Shown here one piece after another: positions 46,183 through 57,201 of a DNA stretch of 64,000 nt. A program made the position numbers and the translations under genes. The first letter of the stretch is position 1; each line of letters opens with the position of its first letter. Source of the stretch: Candidatus Anstonellales archaeon (GTDB lineage Archaea; Micrarchaeota; Micrarchaeia; Anstonellales; J096); contig JAWAFI010000001.1 of the NCBI GenBank assembly GCA_038890615.1, positions 34,611 through 98,610 on the forward strand, written 5' to 3'. Below the pieces are notes generated by a model. It worked only from the letters and a program-made list of their open reading frames with translations. It had not been told where the DNA came from and made no database searches.

Positions 46183-47871
46183 ATGGAGGTTAAGGATAAA
46201 GAGAAGAAAAAGTTTGATAGCAAAGGAGGGAAAAAAGAGGCTGGTGGGGAAGGGATGAAAGAGGAGAGGAGGCTAAGCGATAAGGAGGTATTTAGGAGGG
46301 TTTTGGAGAGTGTTAGGAGTAGGAGGGAGGACAATGAGGCTTTTGATGGGCTTAAGAGGATTAATAAGGATAGGAGGGAAGAGATTGGAGAGGAAAGGAG
46401 CAATATGATTGGAAAAGAGCTGATAGAAGAGTGTAAAAAAGATGAAGTAGTTTCAGTTGAAAGGGTTGTAAAGCTTATTTTGGAAGGTGCGAATTTGGAT
46501 TTGCAGGATGACAAAGGATGGACAGCATTCAGACATGCTGGTTGGAATGGTCATAAAAATATTGTAAAAGTACTTTTACCTTTGTTGGATAAAATTGATA
46601 TGGAGGATCTTTTGTGGTTCGCTAGAACAAAAAACTTTGAGATCGTTGAGATGTTTATTAAGGCAGGGGCAGATGTTAATTTTGCCAGCTATGGAGAAAC
46701 TGCTTTATATTGGGCTGCCTATGAAGGCCACCCAGAGACTATAAAAGTGCTTTTGAGAGCAGGAGCCAAAGTTAATGTAGGAAGTGAAAAAAATGGATTT
46801 ACTCCTTTAATGAATGCTGCCTTCATGAAGAATGTTGAGGCTGTAGAGATTCTTATAGAGGCTGGGGCTGATCCTTTTATTGTAGATGAGTATGGAAGGA
46901 CAGCTTATTATATAGTTAAAAAAGAGAAGGAAAGAAGGGACCCTCTAGGAGGAAAGTATGAGGAGGAGAAAAATTATAAGTGTAAGAAGATAATGGAGAT
47001 GTTGGCAGTTTATGAAGAAAAAAAACTAAAAGAAATAATGGAAAGGTACCAAGAAGGAAATGACCTAGGAATTGAGATGGAGAAGATATTTGTCTATGCG
47101 GCTGGGGCTGGAAAGAAAGAAATCGTTGATGAACTTATTAAACGCGGAATAAATATTAACTCTACTTATAATAGCGTCAGCGCTTTAGTAAGGGCAGCTT
47201 TGAATAATGACGAAGAGATGGTAAAATTTCTTGTAGAAAAAGGCATTGATTTAAATCTAAAAACAAAAGGGGGGCTGCCTGCTTTCTTGTGTTCTGAAAA
47301 GGCCGAAATTGTAACCTATCTTATAAAAGCAGGTTCTAACAAAGATATTCTTGTCTACTCAGAAGAATTAGAAAATTATGTATCACCTCTCTTATGGGCT
47401 GTAAGTTGGGGCAAAAAAGAGATAGTAAAAGGACTTATTAGGGCAAATGTTGATTTAGATCCATTAGCTTTGATAGAAGTTTCTGCTTATGGACTGTATG
47501 AGATAAGCAAAGAACTTATTAAAGCAGGTGCTGATGTAGATGTGCAATCCCCCATAACTTTATCTACACCTATGATAATGGCAGCTGGCAATAGTCATTA
47601 TGACATATTGGAATTACTGATGGAAGCAGAGGCTGATCCTTTTATTGTAGATAAGTATGGAATGACAGCTTATGATGCCCTTAAATATGCCCCTACCAGC
47701 GTAAAGGACAAAATGAAAGAGTATGAAAATAAATACTTTCTTAAGATAAATGAGATAATTGAAAGAAAGGATAGAAATATTGATGAAAAAATGCTTATAA
47801 AAGCAACGAGTTATTTACTTAGGAGATGTGATAAAAGAGTAACAAACCTTATAAACCATTTAATAACTTAG
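46183..47871 (+). CDS. Ankyrin-repeat protein
   Basis: GWTAF, GETALYWAA, GFTPLMNAA, SPLLWA and TPMIMAA units with GADVN/GADP linkers. Confidence 0.9.
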   Translation: MEVKDKEKKKFDSKGGKKEAGGEGMKEERRLSDKEVFRRVLESVRSRREDNEAFDGLKRINKDRREEIGEERSNMIGKELIEECKKDEVVSVERVVKLILEGANLDLQDDKGWTAFRHAGWNGHKNIVKVLLPLLDKIDMEDLLWFARTKNFEIVEMFIKAGADVNFASYGETALYWAAYEGHPETIKVLLRAGAKVNVGSEKNGFTPLMNAAFMKNVEAVEILIEAGADPFIVDEYGRTAYYIVKKEKERRDPLGGKYEEEKNYKCKKIMEMLAVYEEKKLKEIMERYQEGNDLGIEMEKIFVYAAGAGKKEIVDELIKRGININSTYNSVSALVRAALNNDEEMVKFLVEKGIDLNLKTKGGLPAFLCSEKAEIVTYLIKAGSNKDILVYSEELENYVSPLLWAVSWGKKEIVKGLIRANVDLDPLALIEVSAYGLYEISKELIKAGADVDVQSPITLSTPMIMAAGNSHYDILELLMEAEADPFIVDKYGMTAYDALKYAPTSVKDKMKEYENKYFLKINEIIERKDRNIDEKMLIKATSYLLRRCDKRVTNLINHLIT

Positions 47872-47907
47872 GCAAAGCGTTAAAAATAAATAAAGAAAAG
47901 GAAAGGT

Positions 47908-48741
47908 ATGCGTTTTGGCCCTGCAGGAATACCTATAGAGTGCAAAGAAAAAAATACAAAGGCAGGCATAATGTTTACTGCTTCCCTTTGCCTAAATGCC
48001 ATGGAGATGGAGTTTGTAAGGGGAGTTTCCCTGACTGAGAAAGCAGCATTGGAGGCAAAAAAGGCAGCCTTGGAAAGGGATGTCCTGCTCAGCAGCCACG
48101 CACCCTATTATATAAATCTCTGCACAAAAGACAGCAAAAAGCTTGAAAGAAGCAAGAGGAACATTCTAATCAGCGCAAAGAGGACAGCGCAGGCAGGTGG
48201 GAAAATAACGGTTTTCCATCCGGGCTATTACCAAGGGCTTGAAAAGGAGGAGGCATTCCAGAAGGCCAAAAAGGCTTTGGTTGAAATAAAGGAGAGTATG
48301 GACAAAGAAGGTGTAGAATGCATGCTCGGCGCAGAAACAGTAGGCAAAAGGAGCCAATTTGGCTCGCTTGAAGAGAACATTAGGCTTGGGCAGGAGGTTG
48401 AGGGGGTGGTGCCTGTAGTTGATTTTGCGCATATACAAGCAAGGGGAGATATGCAGCTGATTAAAAAAGAGCAATTCCATGCCCTTTTTGAAAGGTTGGA
48501 GAAGGTTGGGTTTGCTAAGAACTTCCATTCCCATTTCTCTGAGATAGAATATAGTGAAAAAGGAGAGAGGAATCACCTTGTGCTTGGAACAAACTATGTG
48601 CCTGATTATAGGGAATTGGCAAAGGAACTTGCAGAAGGAGGGTGGAAAGGGACTGTTATATGCGAGAGCCCTTTGCTAGAGCAGGATGCTCTAAAGCTTA
48701 AAAGCAAGTACGAAAGCGAAATAAAAGGAGGGAGAAAATGA
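47908..48741 (+). CDS. nfo: Endonuclease IV family (AP endonuclease 2, TIM barrel)
   Basis: HAPYYINL, VFHPG, ETVGK, DFAH, HSHFS, GERNH and ICESP. Confidence 0.88.
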   Translation: MRFGPAGIPIECKEKNTKAGIMFTASLCLNAMEMEFVRGVSLTEKAALEAKKAALERDVLLSSHAPYYINLCTKDSKKLERSKRNILISAKRTAQAGGKITVFHPGYYQGLEKEEAFQKAKKALVEIKESMDKEGVECMLGAETVGKRSQFGSLEENIRLGQEVEGVVPVVDFAHIQARGDMQLIKKEQFHALFERLEKVGFAKNFHSHFSEIEYSEKGERNHLVLGTNYVPDYRELAKELAEGGWKGTVICESPLLEQDALKLKSKYESEIKGGRK

Positions 48742-49280
48742 TTATACTGCTGGGAGGAAAAAGGGGAGCTGGCAAAAGCGCCTTTGCAGAAATAGCTAAA
48801 AAGCAGGGCTACAAGGTTAGGGAGATGTCTGCCATAGTCAAGGGCATAATGGAGAGGGAGGGGATAGAGGTAAACAACAGGAACTTAAGGCTTTTTGCAA
48901 GGGGGCTTAGGGAGAAATTTGGGAAGGGAATTGTAGGGCAGCTTATGGCAGAGCAGATGGAAGGAGGCAAAGAGGTAATAGTAGGGATAAGGGCAGTTGA
49001 GGAGATTGAGGAAATAAAGAAAAGGTTCTCTGATGTAGTGGTGGTCTTTATAGATGCGCCCGCTAACATTAGGTTTGAGAGGATGGGGAGCGCTGGAAAA
49101 AAGGAAAACCCTGTTACTTGGGATGAGTTCCTTTGGGCAGACAGCGTTGACAACGAGCTTGGCCAGGAAGGGGTCATGGAAGCAGCAGACATAGTTATAA
49201 ATAACAGCAAAAGCAAAAAGGAATTTGAAGAAGAGGCAAAAAGGGTGTTGAGGTGGATTTCAAGACCACAGAAGAAATAG
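48738..49280 (+). CDS. P-loop nucleotide kinase (UPF0200/dephospho-CoA kinase-like)
   Basis: [22 protein letters not shown] and ADIVINN. Confidence 0.75.
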   Translation: MIILLGGKRGAGKSAFAEIAKKQGYKVREMSAIVKGIMEREGIEVNNRNLRLFARGLREKFGKGIVGQLMAEQMEGGKEVIVGIRAVEEIEEIKKRFSDVVVVFIDAPANIRFERMGSAGKKENPVTWDEFLWADSVDNELGQEGVMEAADIVINNSKSKKEFEEEAKRVLRWISRPQKK

Positions 49281-51208
49281 AAGTTCCTGAAAGGCTCATA
49301 GACCAAGTAATAGGCCAGGATAAAGCAGTGGAGATTATAAAGAAGGCAGCAAAGCAGAAGAGGAATGTGCTGCTGATAGGACCTCCTGGCACAGGGAAAA
49401 GCATGCTTGCTCAGGCAATGTCAGGGCTAATGCCTGCTGAGAATCTAGAAGATGTACTATGCTATCCTAATCCAATAGAGGAGAACAAGCCTATCATAAA
49501 GGCAGTGCCAACTTATCCTACCTTTGACTACTTAAAGAGCAGGAACCTGCTAGGGCTATACAGCAAAAGAGAGCAGGAGATCCTAAAAAGCAGCAACAGG
49601 GAGGGGTTGGCAAAGGCAATAGGGGACGGGCTTGGAAGGAGGATAGTGAGAAGCGCATCCAAGAAAGAAGAGGAGCAGCCAGTAGGCATAAGCAGCTGGT
49701 TCTTGTTGTTTGTGCTAGGTGTTGTTCTTTTGGCCCTAGCGCTGCCAGTGGAAGAGAATACAAAAGGGCTTATCATAGGAGGGGTTTTTGTTGTTGGCTT
49801 CCTCTACTTAATGCAGATACTTGTAAATAACTTCTTGATAAGGGCAAAGATAATGCAGCCTGGTCCAAAGCTGATTGTTGACAACACAGGGGTTGAAAGG
49901 GCGCCCTTTGTTGATGCTACAGGGGCAAAGGCAGGGGCTTTGCTAGGAGACGTAAAGCACGATCCATTGCAGAGCGGAGGGCTTGGCACGCCTGCCCATT
50001 TAAGGGTGGAGGCAGGTGCTATACACAAGGCAAGCAAAGGGGTGCTTTTCATTGATGAGATTGCTTCCTTAAAGATGCAGTGGCAGCAGGAGATACTTAC
50101 TGCAATGCAGGAGAAAAAATATTCCATAACAGGGCAGAGCGACCTTTCTTCAGGAGCGCTTGTTCAGACAAGCCAATGCCCTGCTGATTTCGTATTGGTA
50201 GCAGCAGGCAATTTGGATGACTTAAAGGGAATACACCCTGCGCTCAGGTCAAGGATAACTGGAAGCGGCTATGAAGTTTATGTTGAAGAGGATATGGATG
50301 ACAATGAGGAAAATAGGGAGAAGCTGGCTAGGTTTGTGGCTCAGGAAGTTGCTAAGGACAAGAAGATAGGGCATTTCACAAAGGAGGCAGTAGAAGAAAT
50401 TATCCTTCACGCAAGGAAGATGGCAGGCAGAAGGAACAAGCTTACCCTTAACCTAAGGGCGCTAGGCGGGTTGGTAAGAGCTGCTGGGGATTTAGCAAGG
50501 GAAAGAGGAAAAAAGTATGTTGAAGCTGTAGATGTAAGGGATGCCAAGAAAGTTGCAAATACTATAGAGGAGCAATATGTGGACAAAATAGCAGAATACA
50601 GGAAGGAGTATAGTATAATACGCAACAAAGGGTATTCAATAGGGAGGGTGAATGGGCTCGCTGTGATAGGAAAGCAGGCAGGTATAGTCCTGCCCATAGA
50701 AGCAGAGGTTACTCCTCCCTCCTCGGTAAGCGAGGGCAAGGTAATTGCCACAGGCAGGTTAGGGGAGATAGCAAACGAGGCAGTAAAGAATGTCTCTGCG
50801 CTTATGAAAAAGTATGTAGGAAGGGACATATCGGGGAAGGATGTTCATATACAGTTTATACAGACATATGAAGGGGTTGAGGGGGACAGCGCATCTATAT
50901 CAATAGCAGTTGCAGTAATCTCTGCCTTGGAGGAAATAGGGGTAGACCAAAGCTACGCAATGACTGGTTCTCTCAGCATAAGGGGGGAGGTGCTACCCAT
51001 AGGCGGCATAAACCAGAAGATTGAAGCTGCAAAGGAGGCAGGGATAAAGGCAGTTATTGTGCCAAAGAGCAATTCCAAGGATGTGCTTGTAAAAGAAGGC
51101 ATAAAAGTAGTGGAGGCAGAGACCATAGTTGATGTGCTAAAGCATGTGCTTAAGGAAGGGAAGAAAAAAGAGGAACTTATTAAAAAGATGAGCAAAATAA
51201 TAAGGTGA
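49253..51208 (+). CDS. lonB: Membrane-anchored ATP-dependent protease LonB
   Basis: [14 protein letters not shown], two-TM insert, FIDEI, EGDSAS (Ser) and IGGINQKI (Lys). Confidence 0.95.
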   Translation: MDFKTTEEIEVPERLIDQVIGQDKAVEIIKKAAKQKRNVLLIGPPGTGKSMLAQAMSGLMPAENLEDVLCYPNPIEENKPIIKAVPTYPTFDYLKSRNLLGLYSKREQEILKSSNREGLAKAIGDGLGRRIVRSASKKEEEQPVGISSWFLLFVLGVVLLALALPVEENTKGLIIGGVFVVGFLYLMQILVNNFLIRAKIMQPGPKLIVDNTGVERAPFVDATGAKAGALLGDVKHDPLQSGGLGTPAHLRVEAGAIHKASKGVLFIDEIASLKMQWQQEILTAMQEKKYSITGQSDLSSGALVQTSQCPADFVLVAAGNLDDLKGIHPALRSRITGSGYEVYVEEDMDDNEENREKLARFVAQEVAKDKKIGHFTKEAVEEIILHARKMAGRRNKLTLNLRALGGLVRAAGDLARERGKKYVEAVDVRDAKKVANTIEEQYVDKIAEYRKEYSIIRNKGYSIGRVNGLAVIGKQAGIVLPIEAEVTPPSSVSEGKVIATGRLGEIANEAVKNVSALMKKYVGRDISGKDVHIQFIQTYEGVEGDSASISIAVAVISALEEIGVDQSYAMTGSLSIRGEVLPIGGINQKIEAAKEAGIKAVIVPKSNSKDVLVKEGIKVVEAETIVDVLKHVLKEGKKKEELIKKMSKIIR

Positions 51209-51212
51209 GAAA

Positions 51213-51665
51213 ATGAAAGAAGTAAAGGTCATAGTTGAAGGAGGAAAGGCGACTCCGCAGCCGCCACTTGGGCCTGCGCTTGCTGCGCTCAAGATGAATG
51301 TAGGGGAAGTTGTTGGGGCGATAAATGAGGCAACAAAAGGATTCTCTGGCACCAAAGTGCCTGTTACTGTAAGGGTTGACGAGAAGACAAAGAAGTACGA
51401 GATCGAGGTTGGAAGGCCGTCCATCGGCGAGATGATAAGGAAGGAAGCAGGGCTCGAAAAAGGAGGGGGAACTAAGGACTTTGTAGGCGACATAAAACTA
51501 GCAAAGGTGGTTGATATTGCTAGGAAGAAAGGCGGCAAACTGAAAAAGAGCACATTAGAGGTGCTCGGAACATGCCTAAGCATGAGGGTCAAGTGCGAAG
51601 GAAAGGACCCAAAAGAAGTAATAAAAGAGATAAAGGATGGGCAGTATGAAAGCCTTTTTGCTTAA
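51213..51665 (+). CDS. rpl11: 50S ribosomal protein uL11
   Basis: VEGGKATPQPPLGPAL, IN..T, VPVTV and EVLGTCLSM. Confidence 0.95.
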   Translation: MKEVKVIVEGGKATPQPPLGPALAALKMNVGEVVGAINEATKGFSGTKVPVTVRVDEKTKKYEIEVGRPSIGEMIRKEAGLEKGGGTKDFVGDIKLAKVVDIARKKGGKLKKSTLEVLGTCLSMRVKCEGKDPKEVIKEIKDGQYESLFA

Positions 51666-53214
51666 AGGGCTTATAGCTATTTGCATATTCGCTTCGCTGG
51701 CTTCAGCTGAGATTGTGTGGGAGCACAACTTCGGCACCCAGCTCTACACTGGCCCAACCAAAGCATCTGGGGTGCTTGCAGTTAGCGGCGTAGATGGCAT
51801 AGTCTACTTCATAGGGGAAAACAACATCCAGATAGGAGCCTACAGGGCAGGGGCTTTGGTCAAGGACGTAGATGCTTTCCAAAACCTTATAATAATTTCA
51901 AGCGGAAAGGAAGTAAGCGCAGTAACAGGATACACCACAAGGATTTGGCAAGTTGTCTTCAACGACACTGTAATAGGCACTGGGATAGATGATGGAATCT
52001 ATGTAACCACTTTAGGTGAGATGGCAAAGCTTACCAGCGACGGGCAGAAAGTTTTCTCAGTGAAGGTAGATGCGCTCACGGAGCCGGTGATAACAGGCGG
52101 CTTGGGAGTAGGGGTTGGCGCTGCAAACGGGTTCTACCTTTACGACAAGGCTGGCAAGCTTCTTTGGAACATAAAAAGCGGGGCAGTTGTGGCAAAGCCA
52201 ACATGGGCTGCAAACTTTTTCATTGGTACGGAGTCAGGGGAAGTGATCAAGGTAAACACACAAGGAGAGGTGATTTGGAAGAGAGGTGTGGATGGCGCAG
52301 TGATGGCGCCTGTGCTTGCAAGCGGTGATGTTTACGTGCTAACTGGAAAGGGATATGCATACGCCCTTTCTGATTTGGACGGAAGCGTTCTATGGAAAAC
52401 TTATATTGGGAAAACAGTGCTCAATGCAGAATTGATTGTTTTTGGCGGAAGGACTATTTTGATTGGGGAAGGCGAAGACGGGTACCTTCTGGCAATAGAT
52501 GGGGCAACTGGCGAGCTCCTGCTAAACGCTGATTATGGGCAGAACAGCGTTGGGTTCGTAAAAAGCGGAAGCTACATATACTATGCAGTTGATAGCATGC
52601 TTTACAAGATAGGGTTGAATAGGGCATGTTCAATAACAGAGCCCATTGACGGCTCTACAATAGGCGTCTCCCCTGTAGGCGTACAAGGCAAGGTAATCGG
52701 CTCAAGCCCAAAGGTTTTCATAAGGATTGATGAAGGGGAATGGAACGAAGCAGAGGTGAAGGACAACAGCTTCTCTCTGCTGCTTGAGCACAATGATGTG
52801 CAGGCAGGGGTAAGATTAATAGAGTGCAAGGTTTCTGATTCCACTGGCGAAGACACTAAATACGGGTCAATAAAGGTTTACAAAGACATCGGGATCCCTG
52901 CTGAGAAGATGTTTGTCAAGTTTTCTGGCACCATAAAAGAGGACCAGAGCTTTGATATGTTTGTAGTAAATTACAAAGGATTTCCTATTCCAGGCGTGAA
53001 CGTAACAATTGATGGGCAATCAAAGAAGACAGATGCTAACGGGAAGGTAACGTTTAAGCTTGGCTCTGGAAAGCACTTTGTCAGGCTGAGCAAGGCAGGG
53101 TATGCCAACACTGAGTTCACAATAAACTTAGGAGTAGACTTAATAGTAATCGCTGTTGCAGTAGTGGTTGTCCTGGTAACAGTTTACTTCTTTGTGCTAA
53201 GGAAGAAAAAATGA
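51646..53214 (+). CDS. PQQ-like beta-propeller surface protein with C-terminal TM anchor
   Basis: Signal peptide from MKAFLL; G..LW/G.VIW blade motifs; TDANGKV Ig-like domain; TM followed by RKKK. Confidence 0.8.
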   Translation: MKAFLLKGLIAICIFASLASAEIVWEHNFGTQLYTGPTKASGVLAVSGVDGIVYFIGENNIQIGAYRAGALVKDVDAFQNLIIISSGKEVSAVTGYTTRIWQVVFNDTVIGTGIDDGIYVTTLGEMAKLTSDGQKVFSVKVDALTEPVITGGLGVGVGAANGFYLYDKAGKLLWNIKSGAVVAKPTWAANFFIGTESGEVIKVNTQGEVIWKRGVDGAVMAPVLASGDVYVLTGKGYAYALSDLDGSVLWKTYIGKTVLNAELIVFGGRTILIGEGEDGYLLAIDGATGELLLNADYGQNSVGFVKSGSYIYYAVDSMLYKIGLNRACSITEPIDGSTIGVSPVGVQGKVIGSSPKVFIRIDEGEWNEAEVKDNSFSLLLEHNDVQAGVRLIECKVSDSTGEDTKYGSIKVYKDIGIPAEKMFVKFSGTIKEDQSFDMFVVNYKGFPIPGVNVTIDGQSKKTDANGKVTFKLGSGKHFVRLSKAGYANTEFTINLGVDLIVIAVAVVVVLVTVYFFVLRKKK

Positions 53215-54920
53215 AATTCAGGGAAGCAGCATTGCATTTTGCTGCCATTGAAGAAAAGAGCGGCCGCATAGAAATGGCTGAAGAGATAGCTGAGCTTTTC
53301 AAAAAGGCAACTCCTGAAGAAGGCAGGATAATAGGGTATATGCTCTCTGACTCATTGCTACCAACATACCAAGGCTTTGACCTTGGCATAGGGGAGAAAA
53401 CGCTTGTTGAGGCAATAGCAAGAGCAGGCGGCTACCCTAAAGAGGCAGTGGAGAAGAGGTTTAGGGAAGTGGGTGACTTGGGGCTTGTGGCAGAAGAAGT
53501 GGTCGCTAAGAGGAGGCAGCACTCGCTTAGCAGAAAGGAGATGAGGCTCAAAGAAGTATACCAAAAGTTCATGGAAATAGCAAAGCAAGGGGGCAAAGGC
53601 AGCAAGGAAGGCAAAATAAGGATGCTGGAGGGGCTTATAGGAAATGCAAGCCCTGTTGAAGCGAGGTTCATAATAAGGGCAGCGCTCAGCAATATGAGGC
53701 TTGGCGTAGGTGAGCCCACAGTCCTTGATGGCCTTTCAATAGCAGTATTTGGAAGCAGGGAAAGGAAGGAAGACATAGAAGCCCAATTCAATACATGCTC
53801 GGACATTGGCTATGTTATTGAGAAGGTGCTTGAGAAAAAGGATATAGTAAAAGTGAAGACAGAGGTTTTCAGGCCTCTGCGCTACGCACTTGCTGAGAGA
53901 GCCTCTGACGAAAAGGAAATAATAAGCAGGTTGGGCAGGTGTGCAGTAGAATACAAGTATGATGGCTTTAGGATGCAGGTGCACTGCAAGGAAGGGAAGG
54001 TTGTAATATATTCGCGGAAGATGGAAAACCTTACGCATATGTTCCCGGATGTTGTTGAGGCAGTTAAAGGGCTAGGTGCAAAGGAAATAATTTTTGAGGG
54101 AGAGGCGCTTGCTTTTGACCGAAAGAGCAAGAAATTCCTGCCTTTCCAGCAGACAATGCAGAGAAGGAGAAAATATGGAGTGGAAAAGGCATCAGAGGAG
54201 CTTCCCCTCAAGGTGTTTGCATTTGACCTGCTTTACATAGATGGAAAGGAAGTTTTCCTGGAGCCATACAAGGAAAGGAGGGCAATGATGGAAAAAATTT
54301 TCCCAAAAGGGATTTTGGAGATAAGCACAATGAAGATAGTTGATACTCCTGAAGAGCTTAAGGATTTCTTTGATGAGGCAGCTGGGCATGGGCTGGAAGG
54401 CGTGATAGCAAAGGACTTGGAAGCGCCATATACTGCTGGAAAAAGGAAGTTTGCATGGATAAAGCTCAAGAAAGCCTATCTGCAGGCAGAGACAGTGGAT
54501 GCTGTGGTGCTTGGCTATTATGAGGGGAAGGGCAAGAGGGCTGAGTTCGGGCTCGGAGGGCTCCTTGTTGGGGTTTACAATCCAGAAAGCGACATGTTCG
54601 AAACTATCGCCAAAATAGGCACTGGCTTCTCAGAAGAGGAGATGGAGGAATGGGCCAAAAAGCTCAAGAGGATAAGGGTTGCAAAACCAAAAAACATTGA
54701 ATATGTCATTGAGCCCAACCACTGGGTTGAGCCGAAATATGTGGTTGAGGTTGGCTTTGATGAAATAACAGAATCCCCGCTCCACACCTGCGGAAAGAAA
54801 GGCGGAAAGGGCTATGCGCTGAGGTTTCCTAGGATAATAAGGATTAGGGAAGACAAGGGGATTTATGAAGCCACAACAACTCAGGAGATTGAGGGTATGA
54901 GAAAGGGGTTTAAGGAATAA
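53211..54920 (+). CDS. lig: ATP-dependent DNA ligase
   Basis: EYKYDGFR, EGE, FDLL, EGVIAK, WIKLK and ALRFPR. Confidence 0.97.
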   Translation: MKFREAALHFAAIEEKSGRIEMAEEIAELFKKATPEEGRIIGYMLSDSLLPTYQGFDLGIGEKTLVEAIARAGGYPKEAVEKRFREVGDLGLVAEEVVAKRRQHSLSRKEMRLKEVYQKFMEIAKQGGKGSKEGKIRMLEGLIGNASPVEARFIIRAALSNMRLGVGEPTVLDGLSIAVFGSRERKEDIEAQFNTCSDIGYVIEKVLEKKDIVKVKTEVFRPLRYALAERASDEKEIISRLGRCAVEYKYDGFRMQVHCKEGKVVIYSRKMENLTHMFPDVVEAVKGLGAKEIIFEGEALAFDRKSKKFLPFQQTMQRRRKYGVEKASEELPLKVFAFDLLYIDGKEVFLEPYKERRAMMEKIFPKGILEISTMKIVDTPEELKDFFDEAAGHGLEGVIAKDLEAPYTAGKRKFAWIKLKKAYLQAETVDAVVLGYYEGKGKRAEFGLGGLLVGVYNPESDMFETIAKIGTGFSEEEMEEWAKKLKRIRVAKPKNIEYVIEPNHWVEPKYVVEVGFDEITESPLHTCGKKGGKGYALRFPRIIRIREDKGIYEATTTQEIEGMRKGFKE

Positions 54921-54925
54921 GAAAA

Positions 54926-56182
54926 TTAAAGATTCAATGGAAGCTCTGTCCTTTCAGACATTTCCCCTGCAAGGTTGGAAAGCATCATCTTTTCAACCTC
55001 CTCCCTTTTCTTAGTTTGGGAGAGCACCCACCCTAGCTTTACTAGAGCTGTTTCGGGTGTCATGTCAGAAAGATGGCCCATCACTCCTGCCTCTTTAAGC
55101 AGCCTCCCAGTAGTATAAACGTTCAAGTTTACGCGCCCGTATATTGCTTGGGTGGACATAAAAACATGCACTCCTGAGGATATTAATTCCTTTATAGGCT
55201 CAAGAAGGGAGCGTGCCCCTTTTATTTTAAACGGGTTGGTAGGCAGATGGCCAAGGCCAGTGCCTGCGATTACTATACCGTCCTTGTCAGAAAGCTTCTC
55301 TACATCCTTGGCAGTGGTAAAGGGAGTTATGTAAAGAAGATAAACATTTGGGTTGAAAGAGATTCTCTCCTTGAGCAGCCCCTGCTCCCTTAATTTTGAA
55401 AGGGGCTTGAATGAGCGCTTTGAGTAGTCAACTTCGGCCAGAGGAGGGCTGTTTATTGACTTGAAGGCTTCCCTAGCGCTAGAATGCATCTTTCTTGCCC
55501 TGTTGGCCCTGTGGAGGGCACAGGAATTATCGCTCAAGCCAGAATGCATGCATATTGAAACCTCCCCAAATGGCTGGGTGGCGGAGAATACTGAGTTGAG
55601 CAGATTTAGGCGGTTGTCGCTGCTGGGCCTGTCAGAGCTTCTCTGTGAGCCAACCATCACTATAGGGTGAGGAAGGGGGTTAAGCATAAACGATAGGGCT
55701 GCGCCGGTATAGTGCATCATATCCGTTCCATGCAGAAGGACTATGGGCTTGCCTTCCTTAAGCAAAGAGGAGCATTCCTGCGCTATTGAAAGCCATATCT
55801 GCGGAGTCACATCTTCAGAGAATATGTCAATGAATGGGTGCACTTCTATGTTGGCTATCCCCTTTATTTCAGGGAATTGAGAAACAAGCTCTGCAGGCGA
55901 GAGGGAGGGATAAACAGCACCAGTAAGATACTCAACCTTGGAAGCAATAGTGCCGCCTGCGCCAAGGATTGCAATACCGCCTTCGGAATAATAGGGTTTG
56001 CCTTCCTTATTTTCATCCTTTTCTAGCTTTTCATCTTTTTGCTCCCCTAATAACTTGATTTCGTCTGGCTTGGTTGTTATGTTATAGCCGCTCTCAAGCT
56101 TTATGCTCACCTCCCCTTTACTCTCCTTGAGGAGAATTCCGTCATACCATTTTTCCCCAATGCGGAATCTTATCTTCTTCAC
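54926..56182 (-). CDS. gatD: Glu-tRNA(Gln) amidotransferase subunit D
   Basis: IKLESGYN, GGTIAS, HGTD, GSQRSSDRPSSD, RKMHS and GTGLGH. Confidence 0.93.
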   Translation of the reverse strand: MKKIRFRIGEKWYDGILLKESKGEVSIKLESGYNITTKPDEIKLLGEQKDEKLEKDENKEGKPYYSEGGIAILGAGGTIASKVEYLTGAVYPSLSPAELVSQFPEIKGIANIEVHPFIDIFSEDVTPQIWLSIAQECSSLLKEGKPIVLLHGTDMMHYTGAALSFMLNPLPHPIVMVGSQRSSDRPSSDNRLNLLNSVFSATQPFGEVSICMHSGLSDNSCALHRANRARKMHSSAREAFKSINSPPLAEVDYSKRSFKPLSKLREQGLLKERISFNPNVYLLYITPFTTAKDVEKLSDKDGIVIAGTGLGHLPTNPFKIKGARSLLEPIKELISSGVHVFMSTQAIYGRVNLNVYTTGRLLKEAGVMGHLSDMTPETALVKLGWVLSQTKKREEVEKMMLSNLAGEMSERTELPLNL

Positions 56183-56216
56183 AAAGCTTTTATAACCAAG
56201 GTGAATTTAAAACCTT

Positions 56217-56936
56217 ATGGGAGCGAGGAAAGGCCAGCACTTTTTAGCGAACTTGAGGGTTGCGGAAAGGATAGCACAGGAGATTGGGGAGGGAAAGGTT
56301 GTAGTTGAGATAGGTGGGGGTAAGGGCTTTCTCACGAGAATGATTGCAAGCAAAAATAAGGTTTATTCAATAGAAATAGAGGAAGGTTTCAAAGAGCACC
56401 TAATAAAAGCAGGGGCAGAGCCAGTAATCGCTGATTTTTTGGAGGTTGAACCGATTGATTGTGATGTAGTGGTTGGCAACATACCTTATTACATATCATC
56501 CGCAGTAGTGATGAAACTAAGGGAATGGAAATTTGAAAAGGCAATAATAATGCTCCAAAAGGAATTTGTAGACGCAATGATGGCAAAACCAAGGGAAAGA
56601 AAGTACGGGAGGCTTAGCGTAATGGCACAGATGCTTTACTCGATAAGGAGATTGCTGAATGTTGGAAAGTGGAGCTTCTCGCCGCCTCCAAAGGTTGATT
56701 CTGTGTTAGTGGAACTTATGAAGAAAGGTGAAGTTGGCAAGGATATTGAGGATTTTGTGAGGGTGCTGTTCCACAGGAAAAACAAGGTGCTAAGATGGCT
56801 TGAGAGAGAGTATGGGGTTGAACTAAAAGAAAAATGGAAAAGGAGGAGAGCAAGGGAGCTGGGCATTGAAGAGATCAAGGAGCTCTTTAGCGAATTGAAA
56901 CCTTTTTTGAAACAAATTCATTGGAAAACTCAATAG
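56217..56936 (+). CDS. rsmA: SSU rRNA adenine dimethyltransferase RsmA/KsgA/Dim1
   Basis: GQHFL, EIGGGKG, GNIPYYIS, QKE, YGRLSV and FSPPPKVDS. Confidence 0.93.
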   Translation: MGARKGQHFLANLRVAERIAQEIGEGKVVVEIGGGKGFLTRMIASKNKVYSIEIEEGFKEHLIKAGAEPVIADFLEVEPIDCDVVVGNIPYYISSAVVMKLREWKFEKAIIMLQKEFVDAMMAKPRERKYGRLSVMAQMLYSIRRLLNVGKWSFSPPPKVDSVLVELMKKGEVGKDIEDFVRVLFHRKNKVLRWLEREYGVELKEKWKRRRARELGIEEIKELFSELKPFLKQIHWKTQ

Positions 56937-57141
56937 ACAGGGATTTTGGGTATGGTATCCTGAAAGATATTGCCTCGCCTGCACTTACAGAAAGGCGCTC
57001 TATCCTTTCTCCATCAAAGCATAAACAAAGCTTTTTCAAAGGCACATGGCAATAGACCTCAACAGAGTATTCTTTCAATTTATTCTCCTTTACAGATATG
57101 GGGTAAAGATAGGAAAGCAACTGCGCTAAAATGGGCATCAA
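56887..57141 (-). CDS. Small hypothetical protein
   Basis: 84-aa ORF with a TTTTTATA-like box upstream; overlaps the rsmA 3' end. Confidence 0.4.
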   Translation of the reverse strand: MMPILAQLLSYLYPISVKENKLKEYSVEVYCHVPLKKLCLCFDGERIERLSVSAGEAISFRIPYPKSLSIEFSNEFVSKKVSIR

Positions 57142-57201
57142 AAATATTTAGGGAATGATATAAAAAACTTCCCTATTCTTAGGTGCCTGCGTTCGAATAA
57201 A

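Noticed and set aside
6189..47673. Diversity-generating retroelement (TR/VR) explanation for the near-identical repeats
   Set aside because: Mismatches are few and not adenine-specific, all copies are in-frame coding modules, and no reverse transcriptase is in the window
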